A stretch of DNA of 64,000 nt, taken from the NCBI GenBank assembly GCA_002633005.1, contig NMRA01000085.1, forward strand, positions 913,252 to 977,251. The letters run 5' to 3'. Shown piece after piece: positions 14,288 to 28,700 of this stretch; position 1 is the stretch's first letter; each line of letters begins with the position of its first letter. The notes under the pieces were generated by a model. It was not told the DNA's origin. It searched no databases and was given only the letters and a program-made list of their open reading frames with translations. The stretch is from Phoronis australis. Its lineage: Eukaryota > Animalia > Phoronida. Both the position numbers and the translations under genes were made by a program.

Positions 14288-14795
14288 TGTAGGACCCTAG
14301 AAAAATGTCCAAATTTTGCAAACTCAGGAACATCGTATTTCAGAAATGGCTGACCAAATTCATATAAAATGTTCAAATACCTTCATGCGTTAAGCAGTGT
14401 TCTCCAAAACGCTGTTAGACTTATCTTTAAAACGTTTTTTCTTAGCTATGGGCTACCAAAAAGTAGGTCTTTTATGATTTTCATGGAAAACATCAAAGCT
14501 GCATAAAGTGAGATCCAAATGATAATTTAACTGTAACAGCGTTTTTATAATTTCACCTAGCACTATTATATCATATGGAATTTGGTCAAATAGCATGTTA
14601 GTCATACTGTTGATCTGCTAAACCTTTTTGCTACAAGTCATTAAAGACATGGATGTGTGACTAAAATAATGTCAGAGTTGAAAAAATTTCAAAAATCAAA
14701 TACTACAGGCTCTATTTACTTTCAGAAAATGTATGCTTTCTCTAAGTTAAAGTCTACAGTTTTGCATGTACTTGGCGTAAGACACAGGCTTGTCA
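14288..14795. repeat. Old interspersed repeat, family C
   Basis: Begins gtaggaccctag; diverged similarity to 44817-45261 (same orientation) and to about 8200-8480 and 27075-27217 (reverse complement). Judged by eye, boundaries approximate. Confidence 0.55.
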
Positions 14796-16391
14796 ATAAT
14801 CTCAACAGTTTATGAAAAGCATGACTTCCTCAGCGTGACAATCTGTTATGTTAAGGAAATCAAACTGTCGGCGAACGGAAAATGTCAGGGTATCTTAACA
14901 TTTCTGGTTGCCATACGAGGACTTGCTATACAGTTATAGCCTCAGGTAACCCATAAAGCCCGCACATACATTCAGTGTTCTTAGGCAATGACAAATTTAT
15001 GAACAGATCCTTCTCCTGAACTAAGAGTGTAAGAATTTAATTCTTATAACTTTTCACATGTTTAGAACATGTGTTCGGTCTCAATAAAATTAATCGCTAA
15101 GAAAATTGTCGTCATAAATAACACTGGAAAGTTCTTATTTTTGATAACTCTACAGTCAATGTTGGCGATTATCTTTATATAATTATAATGGTACTGTTTA
15201 GTATTCAAATTACATGCATAATTATGTAGATATGTATGTATATGTACATATCATAGAATTGTTGACACAAGTTACAAGAAGTCCCATGTCAGAGACAAGT
15301 TTGTTCCTGAGATGACAAAAAATTATGAAACAGATGTCATGTAAGGCATTTCACTAACACTGCATGTTTGAGCATTTCCGTGGATGGACGAGTAAATGTT
15401 TTCACATGCCTGGCCTGTGTTCCGTAGATACGAGACATTCGCAAAAACGCAAGATCATTCAAGTCTTTCAGATAACACCACGAAGTGAAGCAAGTGATCA
15501 CACACTAGTTTTTCGTACAATTATCTCCGATCTATGGAACGCAGACGTGGTACGACCACGCACGCAGGAAGCAGTTAATTACCGGTGATAATTGGAGAAA
15601 ATCATTTTACACATTGCGTGGGAAGAAGATGTTATTTTAGCACTGCTTCGAGCAACAAGGTAGCTCTTAAATAAGACACTTTTCCTATTAGCTCTCTTTA
15701 CAGTAATGAACGTCAGAAAGAGACTTCCGCTTCATCCTGGGGTTTTTTGGACAGTAATTCACTATTACACAGTCGTTCATTAATTCAAAAACATAGTAAG
15801 AAATTTCACTGTCAACCCCTATCATTGTGCGATTGGATTAAGTCAACTAATTTATTTTAACTTTTTTACATCAGTTGGGATAGAAATTCTGATGCTTTAT
15901 CACTCGCAGCCACTAATTATGTAGTTGCGGAATCTTCTTCGCAGTGAGAAATGTATGGGACATGATGGTTTGCCTTTTTCCGAAAGCCATTAGTATATCC
16001 CACTGCACATCAGTGAAAACTTGCCAGCATTATGATAGCAGGAAAGGTCTTAAAACGCCATCTGTACCCGGTAGGTTAAATTTCAATATGGCGCAGCTAT
16101 GTCAAAAATCAGCTACAGTGTATTAGAAAGACAGCATAATGCAACAGTTTGGACAACAGTTTTGATAAGTGAGGCCTGCATTCGATTCCTGTGTTGGCTG
16201 GCAGACAAGGAGTATGGCACCAATCGTCTGTTGCCTTCTAGACCTAGGGCTCACGAAAAGGAGGGAGTGTAGTGTGAATGTTGAAGACACTAGTGGAAAG
16301 CATAGCTCAGCACAGTTAAGGTTATCGATTGTTTTTATATTATGCACTTACTAAACATGCCATCTGTAACTATTATTTTATGTTTGATAAC

Positions 16392-16602
16392 GTGATATAG
16401 TGATATTGCAATCTAATGATATTGTGATATAGTCGCACTGTAATGTAGTGATGTGATATAATACTGTTGTGATAAAGTGATAGAGATATCGTGATAAATT
16501 GCAGAGACTGGAACAAGCTGTGTTACAAGCAACACATTGCTACTATTTCTTGTTTGATACATTGATATTGTGAAACCATGATATAGTGATATCGCAATAT
16601 AG
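16392..16602. repeat. Degenerate low-complexity GTGATAT-type repeat
   Basis: Many gtgata/gatata words in close succession. Confidence 0.6.
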
Positions 16603-16688
16603 TCTATGGTAAGCACAACTTGAACCAATGCATGCATGTTGGGTGATAGGGTCATGCTTGTCGTAACGGTATCACAAGACTCCACAAC

Positions 16689-16923
16689 TACTGTAAAATT
16701 GCACCAATTTAGAACACAATATGGCAGACACGCGAATTTTTTAATTTTTTAATTTCCCAAAGTACCAGAAAAATATTTTATGGTTTTTAAGTTCTATATC
16801 ATAGCTGTTATCAGATAATATTTTAACAAGAAACTGTGGATATTCGCAGCAATGTAAGAAATCTTGATTTGAAAAATGAAAAAAATATCGATTTTTCTGA
16901 GAAACTGGCGAGATTTTACTGTA
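16689..16923. mobile_element. Tc1/mariner-type MITE, family A (about 240 bp)
   Basis: TA-flanked degenerate TIRs: TACTGTAAAATTGCACCAATTT versus the reverse complement TACAGTAAAATCTCGCCAGTTT. Carries the family motif cacaatatggcagacac. Confidence 0.7.
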
Positions 16924-17011
16924 CACGTACATGCCCCATCATACAACACTAGGCCAGCATTGTCATTGCCACACCACACAAACATGGCCGATAAGGCGTG
17001 CGCACACTAAC

Positions 17012-17176
17012 CTCTCAAGAGCAATCATCTGTTGTTTCTGCCGTTGGTAGTGATACATCTGGGCGCTCTGTGCCAGCTTTCTGTCATCAGGGGAGACAAC
17101 CCTCTCTTTGTTTGGTCCTGTGATGCCATACGCTGGGTATTCCACCTCTTTGGCTGCCTTCATGTTCTTCTGCAAC
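17012..17176 (-). CDS. NPDC1: NPDC1-like gene, cytoplasmic exon with the RKLAQSAQMYHYQ motif
   Basis: Acceptor ctcactag, donor AG|gttagt; 165 nt, phase 2-2. Encodes LQKNMKAAKEVEYPAYGITGPNKERVVSPDDRKLAQSAQMYHYQRQKQQMIALE(R), matching the NPDC1/CAB-1 LAQSAxMYHYQxQ(R/K)QQM signature. Confidence 0.96.
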
Positions 17177-17505
17177 CTAGTGAGCAGACGACACTGTCTC
17201 ATTTGCATAAAATATGCAAGAACGTTGAACAATAATTCTCCACTTATTTCGAACAAAAAATAATTGCCGAAGAAATATGACAAAGTAGAATTTTACTTGT
17301 CGGCCGTATTATGTGCTAAATAACTAAAGGCTGCAACACGACCATCACATTTCGTGTACAATTGAATTTCAATGAATCGGATTATTGTAGGCATCATCGT
17401 TATCAAGTCATCCATTACAAGGCCACATAAAACAGTGGTATCACTTTCAATGAACAAATGGCATCCAGCAACAGACTATGCACGAACACATGTGCACCCA
17501 CTTAC

Positions 17506-17572
17506 CTATACCAGCAGACGCCAGCAAAGATCAGACCTATCAGGCCAGCCACACTACAGGCCGCGATTATAC
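17506..17572 (-). CDS. NPDC1: NPDC1-like gene, transmembrane exon
   Basis: Acceptor tgtttcag, donor AG|gtaagt; 67 nt, phase 1-2. Encodes (G)IIAACSVAGLIGLIFAGVCWY(R), a hydrophobic helix ending in CWxR as in NPDC1. Confidence 0.93.
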
Positions 17573-19551
17573 CTGAAACAATATGGCAACCTTGTTAATT
17601 GTTTGCGACTATTTACGACCCTAAAAATGGACATTTTTCAGCAGTCACATTTTTTTCAGGTACACTTTGCGTTGGAGTCGTCTGGAGACTTCCTTAGATG
17701 AGTGTAGAAACTTTGTGATCCCATAGAAGATATAAGTATTCAACAAAATATTTTGCACAAGGCCACAATAGAGTAAAGTCGGTTCTAGTTGTTACCACGA
17801 CTCTTTTTGACACTTGTGCTAACAGACAAAAAATGTCCGACCGTATCATTTTCTGCCGAGATTTTGTGGTTTTTTGAGAAGCAGTGCAAACAGCATAATT
17901 TACTAAGTGATGAGTAACAAAGAAATCGAATCCTGGATCACTTTTGCTGGTCTCGGGTGGATTTCCATTTTAAAAAAAGCGAGCACCTGAAAAAGTACTG
18001 CACCGGGCTCAACTTTCAAAAAACAAAACAGAGACCAGAACCAATTACGTGGTTTTTTTTGGCCTAGTGATCAGTCCTGTCACTGATGAGTACAGACACA
18101 CACAGGGTGAATAGATCAATGAGGAAGTTAGCAACAGCATCATCGATCTGTTATTGGGCTCCAAGGAAAAGGGAAAAGGAAGTGAATTTGTGTGCGCTGA
18201 GTTCGCTCTTCCGATAGTTGCTGGTGACTTTTATTTCCTGTTCCACGAGCATACTCATGGCTAAAAGATTTAGGCGAAACAGCGGAAGAAAAACATGATT
18301 GGATGACTGGTCTTTGACATCAGTCATGAAAACAAGCTATTGTGTAAAACTGAGGACAAAGAAACGCAACGACAGCTAAAATCTCCTGTGCCGAATAAAT
18401 TAATTTGAACAACAGAGGATGCATTCCATAAAGCCAACAACTCAACAGAGAAAATCACNCCCCGTACATTAAAACACGCCATCCTTTAGACAAGCAATCC
18501 ACCCTTGCCCTACAGCCAGCTAATAAGTTAAACAATAATGGCACAAAACTACGGCTCGTCATAAAAATACAAATTTTTTCTCAAGCAACAATGAAATAAG
18601 CACAAAGACTAAATCCACAATTAATTTGAAATCTCTAACGTGAAAAGACCATTTGTTCTGGTAAACGTCTAATGGGATTTGCACAGATAACGCTGACAGG
18701 AAACGGAACACGCAAACCAGCCCTTCAATTACAAACAGACAGGACGGAGTGTATTTGCCCAGGCAGTAGCACTGTCAATATTTGACAACACTACAGATCA
18801 ATACACTCGCATTCAGCCAGGAAAGATGCAACAGGTGCCTGGCAGACATTAATGTCACGCACATAGAGAAACATCAATATTACATCTTTCTGGGCTATAT
18901 AAAAGCATAAATTTGCTTTGCCAAGACCAAATGAGACTGTGGAAAAATGTCCAAATTGCAACATCAAAAGTCAAAAATGGCCGATGGGATTCAAATGAAA
19001 CCTTCAGATACAACTCTTTATGAACTGCACTCCAAAACAACAGTTATGAATGGTTTTGAAAAATTTCAACTTTCATGTGACGGACTGTCAAAAATAGATG
19101 ACTGTTGCATAAATTAAAAATGAAAAAATAATTAAGAAACTATTACATTTTTGAAATTTCACTAGTTCAAAGCACTTAATTTCTAAAATTTGGTCATAAA
19201 TATTTTTGATACGATTGATTTGCACTATATGTAATGACTATCCTTTTTCACTTAATTCTATCAATAAGACCCAGTCACATGACCAATTTAATGGAAGACT
19301 GGTATAAAGGTTCTCTATTTTCAGAAAGTACGTACTACTTTCCGAGAAAGAAATTCGATAGTTTTTAGACATGCGACAGGTTACACATAACTGCGAATTT
19401 TTATCTTTTAAAAGAGATTTAGTTCATAATGTACAGATCAAATAATTTTGCAAAGCCTGAATGCTCTTATTTTATGGCTTGAGTACACATCATTTCCACA
19501 TATCCCACTATTGTAACTGCTACTCACTCTGGTCGAGCGACACAAACCAGA

Positions 19552-19873
19552 TACGGTAAAAATACCCCAGTTTGGGATAGTCGCCATATTTGGACAATAA
19601 ATTTTCATGATTTTAAAGATTGAGGTGTGGGTGATTTTGGCTTTTATCGCATATCTCAAATCCTGGACACTGCATTTTGAATCACAGAAGTTTGAAATCA
19701 AATCCTTGAATGTTGCCACCGAAGCGACAGAATTCGACATGGGTGATTTTGCCGTATTTCTCGTAATTTCTAATTTGGGATAGCCAATATCGCCTCTTTC
19801 TAAATAAGGTTCAACTCCCACTTTGAGTGAAATAATTAATTTTATTGACCCAAACTAGAGAACTTTGACCGTA
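19552..19873. mobile_element. Tc1/mariner-type MITE, family B (about 320 bp)
   Basis: TA-flanked imperfect TIRs: TACGGTAAAAATACCCCAGTTTGGG versus the reverse complement TACGGTCAAAGTTCTCTAGTTTGGG. Related termini occur at 10644 (+) and 46221-46265 (-). Confidence 0.65.
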
Positions 19874-21039
19874 TTTGATTTGTTCTGTTCACATTTTTGC
19901 CTGGCATTGAAAACTGAAATTTTCGATTTTATTGGCATTTCATGAAGAGTCAGAAATTGAGATTACAAGTATTCCTCGGTTTAGAATTAAGTATTGCACC
20001 AAAATTATTGTTTGAACTTAAAAATGCCAACACTACATCCGCTTAAACAAGACGACGCATTTACAATCTTTCAACTTCCTAAAGCGTTCTGTCCACGAAA
20101 CCAACCTTTCATTCAGACCACTTACTGCAGCTATAAAATTGGCCTCGACAAAGTTGAGAAGTGATTTTTAGTGTTGAAAAAAACTGGCAGTCGAACAAAA
20201 CGACACGCCGTGATAACTCCACACGCAGCCGCCAATCACGAGCGATGGCAAGCGATTAGTTCTTTCCCAGAACAATAGGGGGCAGTTTGTGACTGATTTC
20301 CTACGGGCAAGTGATCGACATCAAAATTCAATTTCCATCACAGAAGGCAGGTTTATAGTGCCGCAACGACTGCTTGTTATTGGGCTTCAAGATTCAGTTT
20401 CTCAATGAGGTTTATACGTGTTACACAGTAGCACTGCGATTACCCTTATTCGCACCTTCACAACATTCATTGCAATTACGATTAATTCAAAAGGTCAATG
20501 CTCTGAGGGGATGACAGCTTGTTAGAGAGCTGGAAATATTTATAAGTCTCTGATCAATGTTTAACCTATAACATCAACACCTCCCAACTGACTTACAGCA
20601 ACTCTCAAGTAAACGATTGAATGGCATCTGAGTGAAACTCTGAGGAGAGCACACTCAATACCCGATCCAGTTTTATCTAATAAATAATGGGTTTCTAACT
20701 GGTTCTTAAAATCCGGGACCCCTGCCAAATTTTGGACTGATAATCTGCTGCAAGGTCAGCTACCAATAAGCAGCCGTCCGACTGACAAACAGGTTCCTTG
20801 CGACAAACAAAAATTCAGTCAGCGCCAAATTCTATAATTCCAACAATCCCATTTTACAGTATTCAAAATGTCTGATATATCTAGCATTTGGCACGGCATA
20901 CAAGAGCAGAATTTCTGGTTTTGGACTTATCTCCTTTACCTACTTCAAGTTTTTATTCCACAAACAACTCTTGTGTTTTTGCATTTTCACAACTATGTGT
21001 ACCGTATATGTATCACCGATTGACAACAGACATACATAC

Positions 21040-21198
21040 CAAGAAACAGCGCATCTCCTATTGCGGCCCCGGAGTGTATGGGCGCTACAGGCCGGTTGTT
21101 ATGTGGTTGTACGTGCTTCAGGGGCGCGGATGGATGCGGGTGCGCTTTGGCCGTGGTTTCCCTCTCTGTTCTTGGGGTTGATGGCTCCACAACGTTAT
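21040..21198 (-). CDS. NPDC1: NPDC1-like gene, Pro/Thr/His-rich juxtamembrane exon
   Basis: Acceptor tttctgcag, donor G|gtatgt; 159 nt, phase 1-1, GC-rich relative to flanks. Encodes NVVEPSTPRTERETTAKAHPHPSAPLKHVQPHNNRPVAPIHSGAAIGDALFL, leading into the TM exon. Confidence 0.88.
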
Positions 21199-21641
21199 CT
21201 GCAGAAATTCAAGGAGGTATAATTAATTCAGAATTGAAATGCATAGGGCAAATAATATTTGTGTCAAAAGTGATACCACAGACAATGTCTTAAACTAATT
21301 CTTCACAAGACATTGAATGAAAAAGCACAAATAATATGACAATAAACAATACCCCACGTCTCTATTACTATTTTTGTGAGGGTCCCTTAGAACGCAGGGT
21401 TACTACTGAAGAGGAAGCCCCTATGTTAGAAATTACAATAAATAAACAAAAGTTACAATGAAGTCGTGCCATCGTCACAGACAGCAATTTCACAATGACT
21501 ACCTATAGTTTAGCGGAATTGTGATATTAGCTTGGCGAAAATCGACAAAACAAAGTCCTCTCAAGTCGTCGCAGTGTTAAAAACAACTTTTTTTCAGGGA
21601 CTTCAGAAGTATTTGCCTTTCCAAAGCAATGATATGGGGTT

Positions 21642-24600
21642 ATTACACTTTGGTTGTACTGGAGTTCTATAAATTGCTTGGAAGTCCCCCAGTACTTGAA
21701 ACTTGACTAAAAAATTAACCAACAGCACAGCATGCTTTGTCCAAACTGACAAATTTGTGGTTGAATCACGCAGCATAACTAATAAATTTCGAGTTTGAGA
21801 TCAGAGATTATACCCTGAACCCTGGTCACTGACCACTGAATGAAGTTTCAAAAGATCTCTAACCAGAACAAAACAATGTCCAATTCCTCCAAAGACTCAT
21901 CACTTATTGAACAAAATTCTCATGACGTCATGAAACTGTAACCATTACAATAGAATATATACGAGTGCTTGGCACTGTACTATCAATTTCCACTTTTCAT
22001 TTTTTCGTACAATGAACTTGTTGCAATCTGTCACACTTGAAATTGATTCAACTCAAGAGGTCCTGACGTTGCCCACGCACGCATGACAAAGGGAGATAGC
22101 TAGACAGTGCGAAGCACAAGGAAGACAACTCCACAGTGAGAGGTTATAACCTCAAACCTTTCAACCTATAAGGGAATTACGTATTTGCTACATATTTTTA
22201 GCGTTTCTATAATGCTACAGTGCAGCCCCAGAATGTATAGTAAGAACTAAACAACAGTGCTAACTGAACATAGTCTACGTTAAACAAACTGTTGTATTCA
22301 TTGACAACTTGTAAATGTGAAAACAAATAATTCTGCAAATAGGTGACCTTTGCACCAATGACGTACCTTGGGGGCTCACATAGCCAGCATCATGCAGTTT
22401 TATTCCCCAACACCACATCACGATACTTACTGGACACGATTGAGTGATTTACGGCGGATCATTTTCGACATAAAACTCATTCTTAAAAACACTTGGCAAT
22501 TCTCTACGTACTTCACATTCATATCGTCGCTATATGTTGCGTTTCTAACTAATTTAACCGCGCAATCACAGAAATAAGGACTTAACCAGCAAGCTTCACT
22601 TGACGTTCAGTAACTCTAGGACGTAAAAAGCAAGGCTTCGCGAGATTACTCGAGACATTGCCGTGTATTTTAAATGAGCCATGAGACAGCTACTGAACTC
22701 TACCCTGGTTTAGAGTAGCTTTAGGAAAACACAGCTATATCAAAAGCAGGCCCAGCCAACGAGCTCTGAGAATATTGAGCAAAGGCTTTCACACCAACAC
22801 CAGCATGAAATTATTCGCTAGTTTATTTATTAAGCTAACTATGGAAAATTACCATTAACTTCACACAAAAGTAATTAGCAAAGCGGTCATTTTTCCAGAT
22901 GATGGCTAGTTTGCTTCAAATAAGTGCTGTTTTAGTACAGTTGAAAGCTTGCAAAGCAAGCCAACAACAAAGGAAAATTCTCCAGTTAATTAATAATTTT
23001 TGAAAAATTAGATAAAAATAAACATACGGCTACCTAGCAAGTTGTGCGGCAAATACATGACTATACAAATCATTTAAGCCATTATCATTTTGAGATAAAT
23101 CGCTTCTGTCATTGTTATTTTGTGATTTATCATTTACGTGGAACGACTTGATGGTCCATGGTAANATTACACTTTGGTTGTACTGGAGTTCTATAAATTG
23201 CTTGGAAGTCCCCCAGTACTTCAAACTTGATTAAAAAATTAACCAACAGCACAGCATGCTTTGTCCAAACTGACAAATTTGCGCTTGAATCACGCAGCAT
23301 AACTGGTAAATTTCGAGTTTGAATCTGAGTCGAGTTTGAGATCAGAGATAATACCCTGAACCCTGGTCACTGACCACTGAATGAAGTTTCAAAAGATCTC
23401 TAACCAGAACAAGAAACAATGTCCAATTCCCCCAAAGACCCATCACTTATTGAACAAAATTCTCATGACGTCATGAAACTGTAACCATTACAATAGAATA
23501 TATACGAGTGCTTGTCACCGTACTATCAATTTCCACTTTTCATTTTTTCGTACAATGAACTTGTCGCAATCTGTCACACTTGAAATTGATTCAACTCAAG
23601 AGGTCCTGACGTTGCCCACGCACGCATGACAAAGGGAGATAGTTAGACAGTGCGAAGCACAAGGAAGACAACTCCACAGTGAGAGGTTATAACCTCAAAC
23701 CTCTCAACCTATAAGGGAATTACGTATTCGCTACATATTTTTACCGTTTCTATAATGCTACAGTGCAGCCCCAGAATGTATAGCAGGAACTAAACAACAG
23801 TGCTAACTGAACATAGTCTACGTTAAACAAACTGTTGTATTCATTGACAACTTGTAAATGTGAAAACAAATAATTCTGCAAATAGGTGACCTTTGCACCA
23901 ATGACGTACCTTGGGGCTCACATAGCCAGCATCATGCAGTGTTATTCCCCAACACCACATCACGATACTTACTGGACACGGTTGAGGGATTTACGGCGGA
24001 TCATTTTCGACATAAAACTCATTCTTAAAAACACTTGGCAATTCTCTACGTACTTCACATTCATATCGTCGCTATATGTTGCGTTTCTAACTAATTTAAC
24101 CGCGCAATCACAGACATAAGGACTCGACCAGCAAGCTTCACTTGACGAAAAAGCAGTAACTCAGTAAGTCTAGGGCGTAAAAAGCAAGGCTTCGCGAGAT
24201 TACTTGAGACATTGCCGTGTATTTTAAATGAGAACATCTGATTTCGGTTAGATTTTTCTAGCCATGAGACAGTTACTGAACTCTACCCTGGTTTAGAGTA
24301 GCTTTAGGAAAACACAGCTATATCAAAAGCAGGCCCAGCCAACGAGCTCTGAGAATATTGAGCAAAGGCTTTCACACCAACACCAGCATGAAATTATTCG
24401 CTAGTTTATTTATTAAGATAACTATGGAAAATTACCATTAACTTCACAAAAAGTAATTAGCAAAGCGGTCATTTTTCCAGAGGATGGCTAGTTTGCTTCA
24501 AATGATCCTATATACCAAGCGCTGTTTTAGTATAATTGAAAGCTTGCAAAGCAAGCCAACAACAAAGGAAAATTCTCCAGTTAATTAATAATTTTTGAAA

Positions 24601-24759
24601 AATTAGATAAAAATAAACATACGGCTACCTAGCAAGTTGTGCGGCAAATACATGACTATACAAATCATTTAAGCCATTATCATTTTGAGATAAATCGCTT
24701 CTGTCATTGTTATTTTGTGATTTATCATTTACGTGGAACGACTTGATGGTCCATGGTAA
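21642..24759. repeat. Apparent tandem duplication (21642-23164 and 23166-24759) joined by N at 23165
   Basis: Two highly similar copies with SNPs and small indels; the junction is exactly a single N. Confidence 0.93.
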
Positions 24760-25270
24760 TTTTTTCCCTTTTCCTGCGTCATAAAACATGGCGACTGAAT
24801 AGCAACGACAGGAATTGGACGAGATGTCATGTGTAAACTGCCACATCAATAACAGTCATTAGGACGCTTTTTACATCAAGCAAAGTATGCGGAAAAACAG
24901 GTGAAAATAACAGAGATAAATCTGTATAAGATCAACACGTAGGACGAATAATTCATTCAAAATTTTATCCTAGAAATTCCACAAATAGGGCAATGCCTTA
25001 CCCAAGTATATGGATACCAAGTGAAATTTTATTTTTTCAAACTTCTCAAGTAAAATAATAATAAGTTTCAATTATTAATTTGCATGGTAAAGTGAAGATG
25101 TCATAAGCATTTGGCAGTTTCCACTCTTCTTAGACTTTATAAAATCAAAAAATTTTAGGAATTATTTTTACGGAAAAAAATTGAAGTATAGAGGATCTCA
25201 TTTTTTATGTCACGTATACTTACATCAACTAGTTTATTAGCAATAGCTAAAACAAGATGAATTAACTCAC

Positions 25271-25381
25271 TTTTTTCATTTTTACCATCGTTTCCTTGAG
25301 ATAAATCGTCGATCTGACGCTCGATCTTCCCTAAAGACTCCAGGTCACGGTCTGTGGGTACGGCATTGGTCTCCGAAGTAC
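25271..25381 (-). CDS. NPDC1: NPDC1-like gene, spacer exon
   Basis: Acceptor caccttttcag, donor A|gtgagt; 111 nt, phase 1-1. Open frame (G)TSETNAVPTDRDLESLGKIERQIDDLSQGNDGKNEK joins both flanking exons in frame. Called from splice signals and phase only, with no homology anchor. Confidence 0.75.
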
Positions 25382-25504
25382 CTGAAAAGGTGAATAGTGG
25401 AAATGACGTAGGCGTTGAAGATTGATGGCTGTGTTATGCATTACGAGTGCTCAGTCACCTGTGAACGGCCCCGAGAGAACCAGCACTTCCAGGCTAGTGA
25501 AAAG

Positions 25505-25765
25505 TATAAAGCTGCATTGATTCTGTCCCCCTCTAGTGGTCAACGTGATGAATTCTTAACAGAGATGCGCCTTTTGGGGTTTAAAAACATTATCGCGCTC
25601 ATTACGTGTTGAATTGTCGCCAACTGAATCGGCAACTTGAGTCATATGCACTGCAATCGTGTGAATTTACAATTTTAAGGTTGTCCAACCTCGATAAACC
25701 CGTTCTTTTTCTGAGGCACTGACGGTTTCAGTATTGTCGTTGGTAATGGAAATAGAATCCTACTG
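25505..25765. repeat. Old interspersed repeat, family D (TTAAAG-like start)
   Basis: Shares blocks gatgaattcttaacaga, caattttagggttggccaa and agaatccta with about 53772-54020, 56710-56950 and 40410-40685. Confidence 0.55.
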
Positions 25766-28700
25766 CAGAAAGGAATGTCGTGAAAATTATTTTAGTAGAG
25801 CAAAAGGCCTTAAAATCAATATTTGTTTTTAGCCAGCTACAGAGGGTAGCATGCATTTTAATCACAACCAGCAACACTGATCTCAATTGTTATATTTTGG
25901 TCAATGGCATATTTGGGAAGGCTCACTGGTCAACAGGGGTGAAGGCCCACTGGTCACCGGCTTCTTTGTGAACGTTCACATGAACAACAAAAGCACCGAC
26001 ATATGGAACATTCCATGTAAACTTACATTGTATCCACAAAATACAGTTCAATGAATTCACAACTCGTTGCTCACCTGCATAAATGACACAACGGTGCATA
26101 CACCAATTCAATACACAGATTTCATGATCATAGAAAATCATGTACAAATATAGTAAAAAGATATCGGCTTTGTCCCTTTCCAAGCAGAGAGGATGATATT
26201 TAATAGAGAACTGATAAGATGTCAATAAGATTTCAAATTTTAATCATTAAAATAATTACGACTATAAATTCCATCGACCTCACGATTCCAGAGAATATGT
26301 ATTATACAAGTTCTGCTTAGGATGCCATACAAAGATTATTTTTCAACCATCCATGGGACAGTTGCTAAGTGCGAATTGGAAATGAAAGTTTTAAGTTAAG
26401 CAGGTACAGTAGTTTTCGAAACAAAGCAGTTTAGGCGGTAAAAACCGCAACAGACTACCATTACTAGAACCTGTCCTAATTCCACCTAGTAAATAAAAAC
26501 AATATTTCGACAGGTGTTGGAACCGACCATTCAAGTGACCTTTCTTAAAACATCAGTTGTCATTGTTTCTGCCTGAAGATTTTCTACGAGGACAAGACAT
26601 TGCGTATAACCGACGTGGACAGAAAATCAATATAAGCAATGTCATTGGTTAACCTAAGTTAAACCTTATGCAGTTCAAGCTCAAAGGGAATGTTAGCACA
26701 AAAAATAATTATTCATTCATCTCTAGGAGCAAAACGCTCATATAACACTTAATCATTATTGTTAATATCTTGTTCTTATTATACAATGATAAGAATTTTA
26801 TCATCATTACTGTCACCATCGTCATTATCAAGTATAATTACGGGGCGGTACTATAAATATTCATTACCTGTGTCATGACAGTTCAAGGAGAGAGCGGGAG
26901 AGTGGGGTGTGTCAACGCTTATCAGGGCAAGATTTATTATTATTCACGGTTCACTTGATCACAACAAATTATTCTCCAAACTTAACAGAGGAGGGGTGAA
27001 GCAAATTTATCAAGCGCAGCCAAAACTTAAATGAAAGCCTCAACAGAGTGTTTAACCTTTAGTCAGACCTTAGGGACATGTCTGTGTATTTGGCCAAATA
27101 TTCACACAATTGTAGATTTTTAACTCAGTAAATGTTTACATTTTCAGAAACTGGAAGGTCTCATGAATTTGATTTTTCACTTTTTAACACTCTGTCATTA
27201 ACTGGGTCACGTGACCATGAAATCGAAACCAAAAAAGAGGAAATCCTCTTAAAAGAGGAAAATTTCAAGCCCTGGCTGAATGAGGCTGATCATCAACCCC
27301 GGGTCAGAGACATCGAGGGTCCCAATGATCAACGGCAACCAACTGCACTTATAATGCTTAGATTTAAACTGCTTTCGCATTTTAACAGTCATGTCAGCAA
27401 TGAGGCACAAGTCACACAGCGCGACTATTATTAAGGTCCTCCTAAAATGGTCCCTTCAGAGACGTTTATCTACATGACAACCAGGCTTGAACACTGTGCA
27501 CTGAACTCTTGGGATCTTATCACTGTGTAAACTGGAGACACATGAATACCCTTTTGACAAAAATGTCTCCAGATAAAATTTAAACATTTGGGCACAGGGG
27601 TAGACAAGGATTACTCAAGAATGGGAATTTGGCGATAAACTACGATACCTGTACAAACACAGGGCCAGTTTTGGCCCTGAGGATTTGACTCAGAAATCTG
27701 ATTTTCTGACAAACTTTATCAAGTCTAACAAAGTTGTGTCACTAATTCAAACAGATTTAAAGGCGCCTCACTCTGTGTTTCCAACTGTTTATGCTGATTA
27801 TGAGAAATTGTTCAGGTAAAATGTTACCAATTTAGGACGCAATATAGCAGACAAGTGAAATTTTTTTGTTATTTTCACAAGTGATCAGTAGCCCTAAACA
27901 TTAAAGTTATATAATTTTAAAGTTCTATACCAAAGCTTTCATAATGTAATCTTTTGAGAAATTGTGAACATTCAAACAATGAATTGAAAAAACGAACAAT
28001 TTTGACACTTAGTTTTGTCTGAAATTGACGAGATTTTACGTCATATTCCTGCCTCTTTGAGCAATTTCAGTGCTTCTATTTCATTTAGGCTTACTGATAT
28101 GTTGCCATGACGATCCAGGCCGTAATCAAACTTACAAAAGTAATAACATTATTCAGAGCTTTTTTGTCTACTTTATAGTACTCTACGCTCTGAAACATAG
28201 GCAGAAGTACGTGACCGGAGATTCAGAGTGTAATGCACTCGAGCAAATTCAGAGCCATGATCGAGTCAAGTTCCAACAAGACATTACAATGAAAAAACAA
28301 TATTACCAGGGCGACTGATTTATACATCACTGACCTTGGCACCATAAGTGATTTATTCAAACTCAACTATGTCGCAACAGCTGGAGTTAAACAGCTTTCA
28401 CGCCCTTGTTGTGCAAAAAATGACTTTTAATCAATGCACTATGATCGTGACGGCAATTAAAACAACCCAACAGGTGGAGTTTACAATGCCCAGTTGCATA
28501 GCGACGCGCACTCCACTGACGTCATTGAAGATATTTTGGTTGTAGGAAAAATCAATAATACCGCAAGAACAGGGAAGGATAATCCCGTAGTGGGAAATCT
28601 TGACATAGGTTGATTGATAGTTTTCTGATTGTGGCTATGAACGATTAAATCCCCTGGAGCATAGATAACAACGCTTCTGAGAAACCAAATTAGTCGTCTT

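Noticed and set aside
19438-19821. Longest ORF in the track (127 aa, minus strand)
   Set aside because: It mostly overlaps a TA-flanked MITE (19552-19873) and has no protein motif, so it is a chance ORF.
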